A stretch of 64,000 nucleotides of DNA from an uncultured Gemmatimonadales bacterium (GTDB taxonomy: Bacteria; Gemmatimonadota; Gemmatimonadetes; Longimicrobiales; RSA9): assembly GCA_963798085.1 (NCBI GenBank), contig CAWCRS010000007.1, positions 1,696,001-1,760,000 of the forward strand. The letters run 5' to 3'. This document shows positions 42,195 through 53,166 of the stretch, one piece after another. Under the pieces are notes generated by a model, which worked only from the letters and a program-made list of their open reading frames with translations, ran no database searches and was not told the origin of the DNA. A program made the translations under genes and the position numbers. The stretch's first letter is position 1, and each line of letters opens with the position of its first letter.

Positions 42195-43265
42195 TCAGCT
42201 CCGCCGCGGGTCGGGAGTGTCGAGCCGGGTCCATGGGGTGGCGACGGTCTGTCCGCCAGCGACTTCGGCCAGTGCCTGGCGCGCATCGGGCAGCGGTGAC
42301 GCTTCCGCGAGGGTGCGCGCGGCATCGACTTCCGCTTCCACGCGCTGCGCCACCGCCGCCAGCTCGCGGGTGCCGAGCCAGCCTTCGGCAGTGACCTTCT
42401 TCTCGAAACGCAGCAGCGGGTCACGCGCTTCCCAGGCTGCCACCTCACCGGCGGGCACGTAGTGCTGCGCGTCGTGCTCGGCGTGGCCCTTGCGCCGGTA
42501 CGTGATCACTTCCAGCAGCGCGGCACCTTCGCCCCGCCGTGCCCGCTCCACCGCCTTGCGCGTCATCGCGTACACCGCAAACACGTCGTTACCATCGCAC
42601 TGGTCGCCGTACACGCCGTAGGCCGGCGCGCGCAGCACGAACGACGCCGCGGCGGTCTGACGCGACACCGGTGTGGAGTAGGCGTAGGCGTTGTTCTCCA
42701 CGATCACGACCAGCGGTGCGCGCTGCACGGCAGCCAGGTTGAAGCCTTCGTGAAACGCGCCCGTCGATGCGCCGCCATCGCCAATGTAGGCCAGCGCCAC
42801 GCGCGGCTCGCCGCGCAGCCGGAAACTGAGCGCGACGCCGCTCATCACCTCGATCATGATGCCGAGGTGCGAGATCAGGCCGATCCAGCCGCGCTGAAAA
42901 TCGGTGAAGTGGACGTTCTGCTCGCGTCCCTGGGTGGGTGAGCCGGCTCTTGCCATGTACTGCATCATGATGTCGGCCGGCTGCGCACCCATCACGAAAA
43001 GCGATCCCAGATTGCGGATCGCGGGCGCCATGATGTCGCCGGTGCCATCGTTTGCGCGGCGCAGGGCCCAGGCGCTGCCCACCGCGGTGGCCTCCTGCCC
43101 GAGTGAGCGGTAGAGGCCGCCCAGGACGTGCTGCTGGCGGTAGAGATTGGAGAGAACCTGCTCGACCTGCCGGGTCAGCTGCAGGTAGTAATACAACTGG
43201 ATCAGTTCATCGCGGGAGAGACCGTGGATCAGTTCCGTGCTCGCGCTGCGGGTGCGTTTCGCCAT
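42195..43265 (-). CDS. 2-oxoacid dehydrogenase E1 alpha subunit
   Basis: GQEA; ThDP motif GDGG...ENN; YRRKGHAEHD. Confidence 0.92.
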   Translation of the reverse strand: MAKRTRSASTELIHGLSRDELIQLYYYLQLTRQVEQVLSNLYRQQHVLGGLYRSLGQEATAVGSAWALRRANDGTGDIMAPAIRNLGSLFVMGAQPADIMMQYMARAGSPTQGREQNVHFTDFQRGWIGLISHLGIMIEVMSGVALSFRLRGEPRVALAYIGDGGASTGAFHEGFNLAAVQRAPLVVIVENNAYAYSTPVSRQTAAASFVLRAPAYGVYGDQCDGNDVFAVYAMTRKAVERARRGEGAALLEVITYRRKGHAEHDAQHYVPAGEVAAWEARDPLLRFEKKVTAEGWLGTRELAAVAQRVEAEVDAARTLAEASPLPDARQALAEVAGGQTVATPWTRLDTPDPRRS

Positions 43266-43362
43266 CGCGTCCCGTGACTCCTACCCGAGCTGCGCACGTT
43301 CATCGCCGCACATGCGCCAAGATGCCGGCGTTCGCGCGACATCGTCAAGCGAGGATGCAGGA

Positions 43363-43389
43363 AACCCCGCGAATGCGATCCGCGGGGTT
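43363..43389 (-). terminator. Putative terminator hairpin downstream of secG
   Basis: AACCCCGCG-GAUCGCAUU-CGCGGGGUU followed by UCCU on minus. Confidence 0.45.
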
Positions 43390-43416
43390 CGTCCATGCAT
43401 GCGGGGTTGTTCCGTG

Positions 43417-43845
43417 CTACTTGCCGGGCGCTTTGCCTTTGTCGGCCTGGCCCGCAGGCGGCTGGGCTGGCGGCTTCGCGGAACCACTGCCGGCCGCGCC
43501 GGCTGCGCCGCTGCCGGCACCCTGCGTGTTCGCGGGCGGCAGCAACGGCTGCGGCGGTGCTTCCTGTTCGACGGGAACTGACCGCGCAGCAGCGGCTGCG
43601 GTGCGCGGGCCCGCGACGACATGACGGAGAGCACGAACAGCAGTGTCAGGAACGTCGCTCCCGTAACCCACGTCGCCTTGGTGAGCAGCGTGGCCGCCTG
43701 GCGGCCGCCCAGCAGGCTGTCCGCCATGGTGCCACCCGACCCGCCCATCGCGGCGAGGCCATCGCCCTTGCCGGCTTGCAGCAGGACGATGACGGTCAGG
43801 ATCGAGACCGTCCAGGATCGCGATCGCGAGCAGAAAACCGAACAC
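43417..43845 (-). CDS. secG: Preprotein translocase subunit SecG (frameshifted)
   Basis: VLLQAGKGDGLAAMGGSGG...LGGRQAATLLTKATW; canonical position after tpiA; Pro/Ala-rich tail. Confidence 0.88.
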   Translation of the reverse strand: MFGFLLAIAILDGLDPDRHRPAASRQGRWPRRDGRVGWHHGGQPAGRPPGGHAAHQGDVGYGSDVPDTAVRALRHVVAGPRTAAAAARSVPVEQEAPPQPLLPPANTQGAGSGAAGAAGSGSAKPPAQPPAGQADKGKAPGK

Positions 43846-43944
43846 GGTCAACTCCGTGGAAATGGTGTTACGGCAACGGCGTAAGCTCGCGCCGGGCTTC
43901 CGCCTTGTCAATCCGCGGCGTGCCGGTTTGCGAGGCGTGCGAGG

Positions 43945-44706
43945 TCAGGCTGGCAGCGCGGCGGCGGCAATGCGAGCGAAAGTATCCGGCTTGAGGCTGG
44001 CGCCACCGACGAGCACGCCGTCGACATTGGTCGCCGCCATGAGCGACCTGGCGTTTTCCGGGCTCACCGAACCGCCATACAGGATCGCGGTGTCCTGCGC
44101 GCGTCGGGCTCCCCAGCGAGCCGCGATTCGCTCACGCAGGAACGTGTGCGCGCCCGCGGCATCGTCGGGCGTTGCGTTCACGCCGGTGCCGATGGCCCAC
44201 ACCGGCTCGTACGCCAGAGTTACGCGCGTCAGCAGGGCTTCGTCGATTCGTTCCAGCGCGGTGCTCAGCTGGCGCTCGAGCACCGCCTCGAGGCGGCCTG
44301 CGCGCCGCTCGTCGAGCATTTCGCCCACGCAGAGCAGGACATCAAGGCCGCTGCTCAGCGCGGCGGACACCTTGCGCGCCACCTGCTCGTCGGTTTCACC
44401 GAATACGTGGCGGCGTTCCGAGTGTCCGACCAGCGCCACTTGCGCGCCTGCCTCCTTCGCCATGGGCGCACTGGTCTCACCGGTGAACGCGCCCGCCGCC
44501 TCCCAGTGGATGTTCTGCACCCCTGTGCGCACATCGTTTCGCTGCGCCACCGCCTGCGCAACGGCGCCCAGCGTGACGGCCGGCGGAAACAGCCAGAGGC
44601 TGCGCTGCATCACAATGGGACAGGCCGGCAGGAAATCGTGCAGGAACCGCGTCGCCTCGAGCGGTCCCTTGTTCATCTTCCAGTTGCCGGCGACGATGCG
44701 CCGCAT
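43945..44706 (-). CDS. tpiA: Triosephosphate isomerase (alternative GTG start at 44733)
   Basis: AGNWKMN, GAFTGE, GHSERR, AYEPVWAIGTG, LYGGSV, LVGGASL. Confidence 0.97.
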   Translation of the reverse strand: MRRIVAGNWKMNKGPLEATRFLHDFLPACPIVMQRSLWLFPPAVTLGAVAQAVAQRNDVRTGVQNIHWEAAGAFTGETSAPMAKEAGAQVALVGHSERRHVFGETDEQVARKVSAALSSGLDVLLCVGEMLDERRAGRLEAVLERQLSTALERIDEALLTRVTLAYEPVWAIGTGVNATPDDAAGAHTFLRERIAARWGARRAQDTAILYGGSVSPENARSLMAATNVDGVLVGGASLKPDTFARIAAAALPA

Positions 44707-44729
44707 CGATCCGCCTTTCTCCCCGGTGT

Positions 44730-45935
44730 TCACGCGTCGTCCAGCACGGCGACGCCCGGCAGCACGCGGCCTTCGAGGAATTCCAGCGACGCACCGCCTC
44801 CCGTCGATACGTGCGTCACCCTGCTTGCCAGTCCCGCCTGTTCCAGTGCGGCCGCCGTGTCGCCGCCGCCCGCCACCGTGATTGCGCCTTTCGCGGTCGC
44901 ATCGGCGACGGCCTGGGCCACGCCTTGCGTGCCGCGCGCGAAATCAGCGATCTCGAACAGGCCCATCGGTCCGTTCCACAGGACGGTGGCGGCATCGAGT
45001 ATGCGCGCGCGGAAGGCGGACACGCTGCCCGGTCCGATGTCGAGGATGCGTTCTTCGTGCGTCACCGCGTCGCGCTCGCACACCCGCGACGGCGCGCCCG
45101 CCACCGCCTCCTTCGCCACGACGCAGTCGAGCGGCAGCAGCAGGCGGTTGCCGGCACGCTGCAGCAGGTCTCTGGCCATGTCCACGCGGTCAGCTTCCAC
45201 CAGTGATGCGCCCGTCTCCAGCCCGAGCGCCCGAAAGAACGTGTTTGCCATGGCGCCGCCGATGAGCAGCGCATCCACGCGCGGCAGCAATGCCTCGATC
45301 ACGTCGATCTTGCCCGAGATCTTGGCGCCGCCCAGGATGGCCAGGAACGGACGCCGCGGCCGTTCCAGCGCGCTGCCCAGGAACTGCAGTTCCTTCTGCA
45401 TCAGGAACCCGGCCACCGCCGGCTTGCCCGCACGCTTCATGGCATCGGGTAGTGCCGCGGTCGAAGCGTGCGCCCGGTGCGCCGTGCCAAACGCATCATT
45501 AACGTACACATCGGCCAGCGTCGCCAGCTCGGCGCCCAGGCCGGCATCATTCTCTTCCTCGCCCTTTTCGAAGCGCACGTTCTCCAGCAGCAGCACCGAG
45601 CCCGGCTTCAGGTCCTGGACCGCTTGCTGCACGAGCGCGCCCCGTACCTCGGGCACGAACTGCACGGGAATTCCCGCCAGTGTGCTCAGACGGTCCGCCA
45701 CGGGTGCAAGGCTGAACTCCGCAGCGCGTTTTCCCCCGGGCCGGCCCAGGTGCGATACCAGGATGACGCGCGCGCGCCGATCAAGCAGATAACGAAGTGT
45801 TCGGAGCGTCGCCTCAATGCGCGTGTCATCCGTGACCCGCCCCTCTTCCACGGGTACATTGTAATCCACACGCACCAGCACGCGCTGGCCGCGCAGCGCC
45901 GCATCGTTGAGCTCGCTCAGAATGCGCTTCTTCAT
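44730..45935 (-). CDS. pgk: Phosphoglycerate kinase
   Basis: RVDYNVP, SHLGRP, LLENVRF, NDAFGTAHRAHAS, WNGPMG, STGGGASLE. Confidence 0.97.
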   Translation of the reverse strand: MKKRILSELNDAALRGQRVLVRVDYNVPVEEGRVTDDTRIEATLRTLRYLLDRRARVILVSHLGRPGGKRAAEFSLAPVADRLSTLAGIPVQFVPEVRGALVQQAVQDLKPGSVLLLENVRFEKGEEENDAGLGAELATLADVYVNDAFGTAHRAHASTAALPDAMKRAGKPAVAGFLMQKELQFLGSALERPRRPFLAILGGAKISGKIDVIEALLPRVDALLIGGAMANTFFRALGLETGASLVEADRVDMARDLLQRAGNRLLLPLDCVVAKEAVAGAPSRVCERDAVTHEERILDIGPGSVSAFRARILDAATVLWNGPMGLFEIADFARGTQGVAQAVADATAKGAITVAGGGDTAAALEQAGLASRVTHVSTGGGASLEFLEGRVLPGVAVLDDA

Positions 45936-45981
45936 GGTCGCGCTGTCTCCTGTTGCAATGGTGCCGGAATCCGGATGCTCA

Positions 45982-46015
45982 TGTGGCCACGACGCCTGCC
46001 GGCATCGTGGCCACA
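45982..46015 (-). other. 15-bp RNA hairpin with a GNRA loop between the Zn-ribbon gene and pgk
   Basis: UGUGGCCACGAUGCC-GGCA-GGCGUCGUGGCCACA on minus. Confidence 0.6.
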
Positions 46016-46038
46016 CGCGCTGTGCGAACGGCGGAACG

Positions 46039-46254
46039 TCAGGTGCGCAGCGTCGCTCCCGAGCGGTCGTCGGACAGCTGCACGCTGAGGAACACGGCGC
46101 GCGCGTCGCGCGCGCTCACCTGCAGCGGGCTGCTGCAGTTGCTGCACACGATCTGACGTGCGGGCTGCCCAGCGCTCACGTCGGTGCCATCGCGGTGCCC
46201 GCAGACCGGGCAGCGGTACATTCCGTGTAGTGGCTTTTCCATTGCGTTCGCCAT
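46039..46254 (-). CDS. Small zinc-ribbon protein (71 aa), unknown function
   Basis: YRCPVCG...IVCSNCS (two CxxC); AGGA RBS; fills the gap-pgk interval. Confidence 0.7.
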   Translation of the reverse strand: MANAMEKPLHGMYRCPVCGHRDGTDVSAGQPARQIVCSNCSSPLQVSARDARAVFLSVQLSDDRSGATLRT

Positions 46255-46286
46255 GCTGTTCCTGTGCTGCAATGGTCACGCGTCGG

Positions 46287-46301
46287 GCGAGTTGCATGCC
46301 A
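46287..46301 (-). promoter_or_regulatory. sigma54-like promoter upstream of the Zn-ribbon gene
   Basis: TGGCATGCAACTCGC: GG-N10-GC spacing, 2 mismatches to TGGCACG-N4-TTGC. Confidence 0.4.
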
Positions 46302-46455
46302 TGACCGGGGCGCCGCCGGCTGCGGGCTGGCCCGCGGGCTTCGCGCCTGCCCGTGACGCCCGCACCGTTCCCCGAAATGTTGACGACCGCCCCTGCCTGG
46401 TCGCCGTCCTGGCTGTGCGCTGCGCAACGGCTTCCCGCATAATCGCTTGCCGTGG

Positions 46456-48266
<1,811 letters not shown>

Positions 48267-48335
48267 GCGCCCATGCTCGCGATCACGGTGGTGCGGTGGA
48301 ATGGCGGCGCGGGTCAGGCTTGGGCGCGGCGCGCG

Positions 48336-49187
48336 TCAGGTCTGCGCCGTGGCTTTCTCTTCTGCCGCGGCGATGGCCTGCGCCATCACGCCCGCGGGCG
48401 AGGCGCGCCCGAACCAGCGCGCAAAGGCCGCTTCGCCCTGCGCCACGAGCATCGGCTCCCCGCCCTGCGCCGGAATGCCGCGCTGCCGCGCGCACGCCAG
48501 CCACGGCGTGCCGCCCGCGCGGTACACCAGATCGATCACCGCGCCAATGCGACGGCCGTGATCCAGATCGAACGGCAGCGGATCCGACGGCTGCATCCCG
48601 AGCGGCGTCGCATTGATCACTACATCGAATTCCGCCTGACGCAGTGTCAAGCCGTCGAGTGGACGCAAGGCGGGATCATCCCGGCCCAGCTGCTCGATGA
48701 GGCGCAGCACGGATCCCGCATTGCGGCCCAGCAGCTCCACGCGGCGCGCGCCGGCCTGCAGCAGTGCGTGCACCACCGCGCGCGCCGCTCCACCCGCGCC
48801 CAATACCAGCGCGCGCGCGTCGTGCAGCGGGCCCAGCAGGGCCTCGGCCGCCGTCCGGAATCCTGTAACATCGGTGTTATCACCACAGAGGCGGCCATGC
48901 TCCAGCCAGAAGCAGTTGCAGGCGCCGGTCGCTTGTACATCGGCGGTGGGCCGGTCGACGGCGGCAGCCGCGCTCTGCTTGTGCGGGATGGTCACATTGC
49001 CGCCGCCGCCCGCGCGGGCCAGCGTCCGCATGAGCGGCTCCAGCTGTGTGGCATCACAGGGCAGCGCCACGTAGACGGCGTCCACATCCGCGGCCTGCAT
49101 GGCGGCGTTCTGCATGACAGGTGATGCGGAGTGGCGCACCGGGTCGCCGAGGAGAGCGTATAACCGTGTGTTTGCGGTGAGCCTCAC
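48336..49187 (-). CDS. aroE: Shikimate dehydrogenase
   Basis: GDPVRHSASP, NVTIPHK, NTDVTG, LGAGGAARA, INATPLG, MLVAQG. Confidence 0.94.
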   Translation of the reverse strand: MRLTANTRLYALLGDPVRHSASPVMQNAAMQAADVDAVYVALPCDATQLEPLMRTLARAGGGGNVTIPHKQSAAAAVDRPTADVQATGACNCFWLEHGRLCGDNTDVTGFRTAAEALLGPLHDARALVLGAGGAARAVVHALLQAGARRVELLGRNAGSVLRLIEQLGRDDPALRPLDGLTLRQAEFDVVINATPLGMQPSDPLPFDLDHGRRIGAVIDLVYRAGGTPWLACARQRGIPAQGGEPMLVAQGEAAFARWFGRASPAGVMAQAIAAAEEKATAQT

Positions 49188-49699
49188 GGCGCCAGAATGG
49201 GCTCGAGGCGGGCCAGCAGGCCCTCGATCGCCAGGCGCAGCTGGGCCAGCGTCTGGCGGTACGCGTCCAGGTCACCGCCGAAGGGATCGCGCACCGGCTC
49301 ACCCGATCCCGCGCCCTCCATGAAGTCGGTGGCCAGCGCCACCTTCCCGGCGCCGCCCAGCGCTGCGGCCATCTCGAACTGCGATGGCGTCATGGCCAGT
49401 ACCAGGTCGGCCCAGTCCAGCAGCGGGGGCGTCAACTCCCGGGCGCGATGCGACTCCAGGTCGAGCCCCTGCTCGGCGGCCACCGTGATGGCCAGCGGCG
49501 AGGCGGGCGCGCCCTCCACCACGGCGGTGCCGGCCGAATCCACACGCACGTGATTCCAGCCGCGCTCGGCCAGCAGCCGCTCCGTGAGCGCCCGCGCCAG
49601 CGGGCTGCGGCAGGTGTTGCCGCTGCACACAAACAGCAGGTTATAGGTCGTGGGAGCGTTGCCCGGCTCAAACTCCCTGTTTCCGGGTTGCGATTCCAT
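49184..49699 (-). CDS. Low-molecular-weight protein phosphatase, YwlE-like (probably phospho-arginine)
   Basis: P-loop CSGNTCRS, SAGT, DLVLAMT, DPFGG. Confidence 0.85.
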   Translation of the reverse strand: MESQPGNREFEPGNAPTTYNLLFVCSGNTCRSPLARALTERLLAERGWNHVRVDSAGTAVVEGAPASPLAITVAAEQGLDLESHRARELTPPLLDWADLVLAMTPSQFEMAAALGGAGKVALATDFMEGAGSGEPVRDPFGGDLDAYRQTLAQLRLAIEGLLARLEPILAP

Positions 49700-50333
49700 G
49701 AATGATCTCCGCAATCTCCGCTTCAGTCACCGCGCCGGTACGCACGATGCGCGGTGGATCCACCGAACAATCGACAATCGTGGACGGCGCCGAAGGCGGC
49801 AGCGTACCGCCATCCAGGACCAGCACATCGACCGCTGCCTGCTGCCCTGCGAGGACCGCAGCCACCTGTTGCGCGGAACGTGCGGGCTCGCGGCCCGGTG
49901 CATTCGCACTGGTCGACGTGAGCGCTGCGCCCAGCGTCTCGATCAGCATGCGCATGCCGGCATGAGCCGTGGAACGCACCGCAACGCGTCCGGCATCCAG
50001 CACACGCGCCGGAAATACGCCCGGCGGCGCGGGGAGTGCCAGGGTTACCGGACCGGGCCAGAACGCACCCGCCAGCGCGCGCGCCGCCGTTGTCCAGCTG
50101 ACGCCCGGCACCATGGATGCGTCGCTGACCAGCAGCAGAAAAGCCTTCTCTGCCGGGCGCTGCTTCAGCGCGGCCAGCGCCGCCAGCGCCGGTTCCTGCA
50201 GCATACAGCCGAAGCCGTAGACGGTTTCCGTCGGGCACGCGATCAGGCCGCCGTGCCGCAGGTGGTCCGCCACGCGCGCGATCGCCGCCTCCTGCTCCGC
50301 CGTCGAGGTGAATGGCACCAGCGTGGCATTCAC
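49668..50333 (-). CDS. tsaC: L-threonylcarbamoyladenylate synthase (YrdC/TsaC)
   Basis: PTETVYG, KQRP, FWPGPVT, VAVR, TSTSANAPG, PSTIVD. Confidence 0.92.
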   Translation of the reverse strand: MNATLVPFTSTAEQEAAIARVADHLRHGGLIACPTETVYGFGCMLQEPALAALAALKQRPAEKAFLLLVSDASMVPGVSWTTAARALAGAFWPGPVTLALPAPPGVFPARVLDAGRVAVRSTAHAGMRMLIETLGAALTSTSANAPGREPARSAQQVAAVLAGQQAAVDVLVLDGGTLPPSAPSTIVDCSVDPPRIVRTGAVTEAEIAEIIHGIATRKQGV

Positions 50334-51052
50334 GATCGTTCCAGCAGGGCGCGGGCCGTCGCCAGGTCCTCGGGTACCGTGAGCTTGATGTTGCTGCGTT
50401 CGCCTTCGACCACGCGCACGACATGACCGTAGCGCCGCACCAGCGCGGCATCGTCCGTCGCGCCAATGCCCTCGGCCTGCGCCCGCCGGTGCGCTTCGCG
50501 CAGCACATCGGTGGCGAACGCCTGTGGTGTCTGGGCCAGCCACAGCCCGGCTCGATCGGGGGTGCGCACGATACAGCCGCCCGCGTCCACTTCGTGCACG
50601 GTATCCGTGAGCGGAAGAGCCGCGATCACGGCCGGCGCCTCGTTCGCGTGATCGATCATGCGCGCAACCAGCGCCTGCGACACGAGCGGCCTCGCCGCAT
50701 CGTGCACGAGTACCACATCGCAATCGGCGGGCACCGCGGCAAGCGCCAGGCGAACGGAATCGGCGCGCGCCTCGCCGCCCGCCACGAGGCATACCCGCGG
50801 GTCGATTCTTGTCAGCCAGTCCGGAGGCGAAGCCGCCGTTTGTGCATTGAGCGCGACCACGATGCACGCGACCCGTGCTTCGTGCAGGAACGGGCGCAGT
50901 GTGTGGGCCAGCAGCGGCTGACCGGCGATTTCCAGCCATGCCTTGGCCGCACCCATGCGCCGGCCTGCGCCAGCCGCCGGTACGATCACCGCGACACGCT
51001 TGTGCTGGCGGTCGCCGGGCGATGACGTGGCGCCACCGCCCACGCTGCTCAC
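50330..51052 (-). CDS. ispD: 2-C-methyl-D-erythritol 4-phosphate cytidylyltransferase
   Basis: PAAGAGRRMG, VLVHDAARP, AQTPQAF, TDDA, NIKLT. Confidence 0.95.
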   Translation of the reverse strand: MSSVGGGATSSPGDRQHKRVAVIVPAAGAGRRMGAAKAWLEIAGQPLLAHTLRPFLHEARVACIVVALNAQTAASPPDWLTRIDPRVCLVAGGEARADSVRLALAAVPADCDVVLVHDAARPLVSQALVARMIDHANEAPAVIAALPLTDTVHEVDAGGCIVRTPDRAGLWLAQTPQAFATDVLREAHRRAQAEGIGATDDAALVRRYGHVVRVVEGERSNIKLTVPEDLATARALLERS

Positions 51053-52425
51053 GGCACCATGCCTTGCGCCAAGGACTCGAAGCGCGTGCACTCACGCCGG
51101 AAGAAGAGATCCACCGTGCCGGTGGGGCCGTTCCGCTGCTTGCCAATGATCAGTTCGGCGCGTCCGTCCAGTTCCTTCTCGCGCGCCTCGGCTTCCTTCA
51201 TGTAGTACTCCGGGCGATAGAGGAACATCACGAGATCCGCGTCCTGCTCCAGTGAGCCGGACTCGCGCAGGTCGGACAGCTGCGGCCGGTGGTCGGTGCG
51301 CTGCTCGGGCGCGCGTGACAGCTGCGACAGCGCCAGAATGGGCACCGTGAGTTCCTTGGCGAGCGCCTTGAGTCCACGACTGATTACGCTCACTTCCTGT
51401 ACGCGGTTCTCCGCCTCGCCGGATGCATTCATGAGCTGGATGTAATCGACGATGATCATGCCCAGCTCGGGCTGATCCGCCTTCAGCCGCCTTGCCTTGG
51501 CGCGCATCTCGAGGACGGTCAGCGCGCCCGAGTCGTCGATCCAGATGGGTGCGGTGTTGAGGTGCCCCGCCGCCTGTGCCAGCTGCACGTAGTCGTCATC
51601 GCTCAGACGGCCGCGCAGCAGTCGACTCAGATCCACGAGCGCTTCCGAGCACAGCATGCGCTGCACCAGCTGCTCCTTCGACATTTCCAGCGAGAAGAGC
51701 GCGACCGGCAGGCGGTGCGAGATCGCGGCGTGCAGCGCGAGACCGGTCACGAATGCGGTCTTCCCCATGCTGGGCGGGCCGCCACAATGACCAGGTCGCC
51801 CTTCTGGAAACCGCCCGTTTTTTCGTCGAGGTCGTGAAAGCCGGTGGGCACGCCGGTGATGCCGCCCTTGGCCGCCTGCAGCTGCTCGATCCGTTCGAAC
51901 GTCGGATACAGGATCTTCTTGATCCAGACGAAGCCGCCGCGCTCGTGCTGCTGTGCCACCTGGAAGATGCGCTGCTCGGCTTCGTCGAGAATCTCGATTG
52001 ACCGTGCGCTCGCCGCTCTCGTAGGCGTCGCGGATGATCTCGGTGGATGCGTCGATCAGGCGGCGCAGCAGCGCGCGCTCGCGCACAATGCGTGCGTGAT
52101 ATTCAATGTTAGCCGCGGTGGGCACGGCATCGAGCAGCTCGCTCAGGTACTCGATCCCGCCGATGGACTCCAGCTCATCCGTCTTGTTCAGCTCTTCCCC
52201 GAGCGTCACCGGATCGACTACCTGCCCGTGCTGGAAGAGCCGGCTCATGGCGCGGAAGACGCGACGGTTCGCCTCCCGGTAGAACATCGTGTCGTCGACG
52301 ATCTCGATGGCCTTGGCCACCGCATCGCCATCGATGAGCATGCCGCCCAGCACGCTGATCTCCGCTTCCGGCGCCCAGGGTGGTTGCCGTTCGGAGACGG
52401 AGACGCCGTACTCAGACGTGCTCAT
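51049..52425 (-). CDS. dnaB: Replicative DNA helicase (frameshifted)
   Basis: EAEISVLGG, VPTAAN, GVPTGF, ARP/SMGKT, SLEM, DYIQLM, LSQLSR, DLRESGSLEQDAD, KQRNGPTG; no intein. Confidence 0.95.
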   Translation of the reverse strand: MSTSEYGVSVSERQPPWAPEAEISVLGGMLIDGDAVAKAIEIVDDTMFYREANRRVFRAMSRLFQHGQVVDPVTLGEELNKTDELESIGGIEYLSELLDAVPTAANIEYHARIVRERALLRRLIDASTEIIRDAYESGERTVNRDSRRSRAAHLPGGTAARARRLRLDQEDPVSDVRTDRAAAGGQGRHHRRAHRLSRPRRKNGRFPEGRPGHCGGPPSMGKTAFVTGLALHAAISHRLPVALFSLEMSKEQLVQRMLCSEALVDLSRLLRGRLSDDDYVQLAQAAGHLNTAPIWIDDSGALTVLEMRAKARRLKADQPELGMIIVDYIQLMNASGEAENRVQEVSVISRGLKALAKELTVPILALSQLSRAPEQRTDHRPQLSDLRESGSLEQDADLVMFLYRPEYYMKEAEAREKELDGRAELIIGKQRNGPTGTVDLFFRRECTRFESLAQGMVP

Positions 52426-53166
52426 CGAGCACCGAACGCAGCAGCTGAGGTCGGACCACGCCGTGCGCACCATGTTCGGGCTGCGCAGCAGGAAGGCGGG
52501 ATGATAACTGACGATCACGCGGGATCCCGCGATAGGCGTGCACCCGTCCGCGCAGCCGGCCAATGGCTTCGTCACGCTGCAGCAGCGCCTGCACCGCGAA
52601 GCGGCCCACGGCCAGCAGCGCCCGCGGTACAATGGTCGTTCAGCTGCGCGTGCAGGAACAATCGGCTGCACGCGTCCATTTCCGCGGGTTCGGGATTGCG
52701 GTTGTTGGGTGGCCGGCATTTGAGCACGTTGCAGATGTACACGCTCTCCCGCGGGAAGCCAACGCTCATGAGGAGCAGGTCCAGCAGCTTCCCGGCGCGG
52801 CCCACGAAGGGCCGGCCCGTGCGATCCTCTTCCTGGCCCGGCGCTTCGCCCACCACCACCAGTGCGGCGGCGGGATCGCCTTCGCCGAACACCGCCTGGG
52901 TGCGCGAGGCGTGCAGCTGGCACGCCGTGCACACCGCGGCCTGCTGCGCGAGCACCTGCAGCGTCGCGCGCCGCTCCGCCCGTGTCCCATCCTCCGCGAC
53001 TGCGGCGGACGGGGCAGTCGACAACGCCGCGGCAGCACCCGACGCGTGGAGTCCGCCCAGGGCAATGGCCTGCTTCCGGTCGAGCGATTCCAGATAGAGA
53101 TCGGGACCGCCCAGCTCGCCGAGCTGGCGCGATGTAGCGGCCCAGCTCCTGACGGAAGCGGGTCAT
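52412..53166 (-). CDS. Uracil-DNA glycosylase family 4 (4Fe-4S; frameshifted)
   Basis: CTAC, GEAPGQEED..GRPFVG, YICNVLKCRPPNNR, YHPAFLLR. Confidence 0.9.

Noticed and set aside
43266..43416. tRNA downstream of secG, a common location
   Set aside because: No cloverleaf or T-loop GTTCRA context; only a terminator-like hairpin and a promoter-like sequence
45954..45966. sigma54 promoter upstream of pgk (CGGCAC-CA-TTGCA)
   Set aside because: GG-GC spacing is 7 nt instead of the required 10
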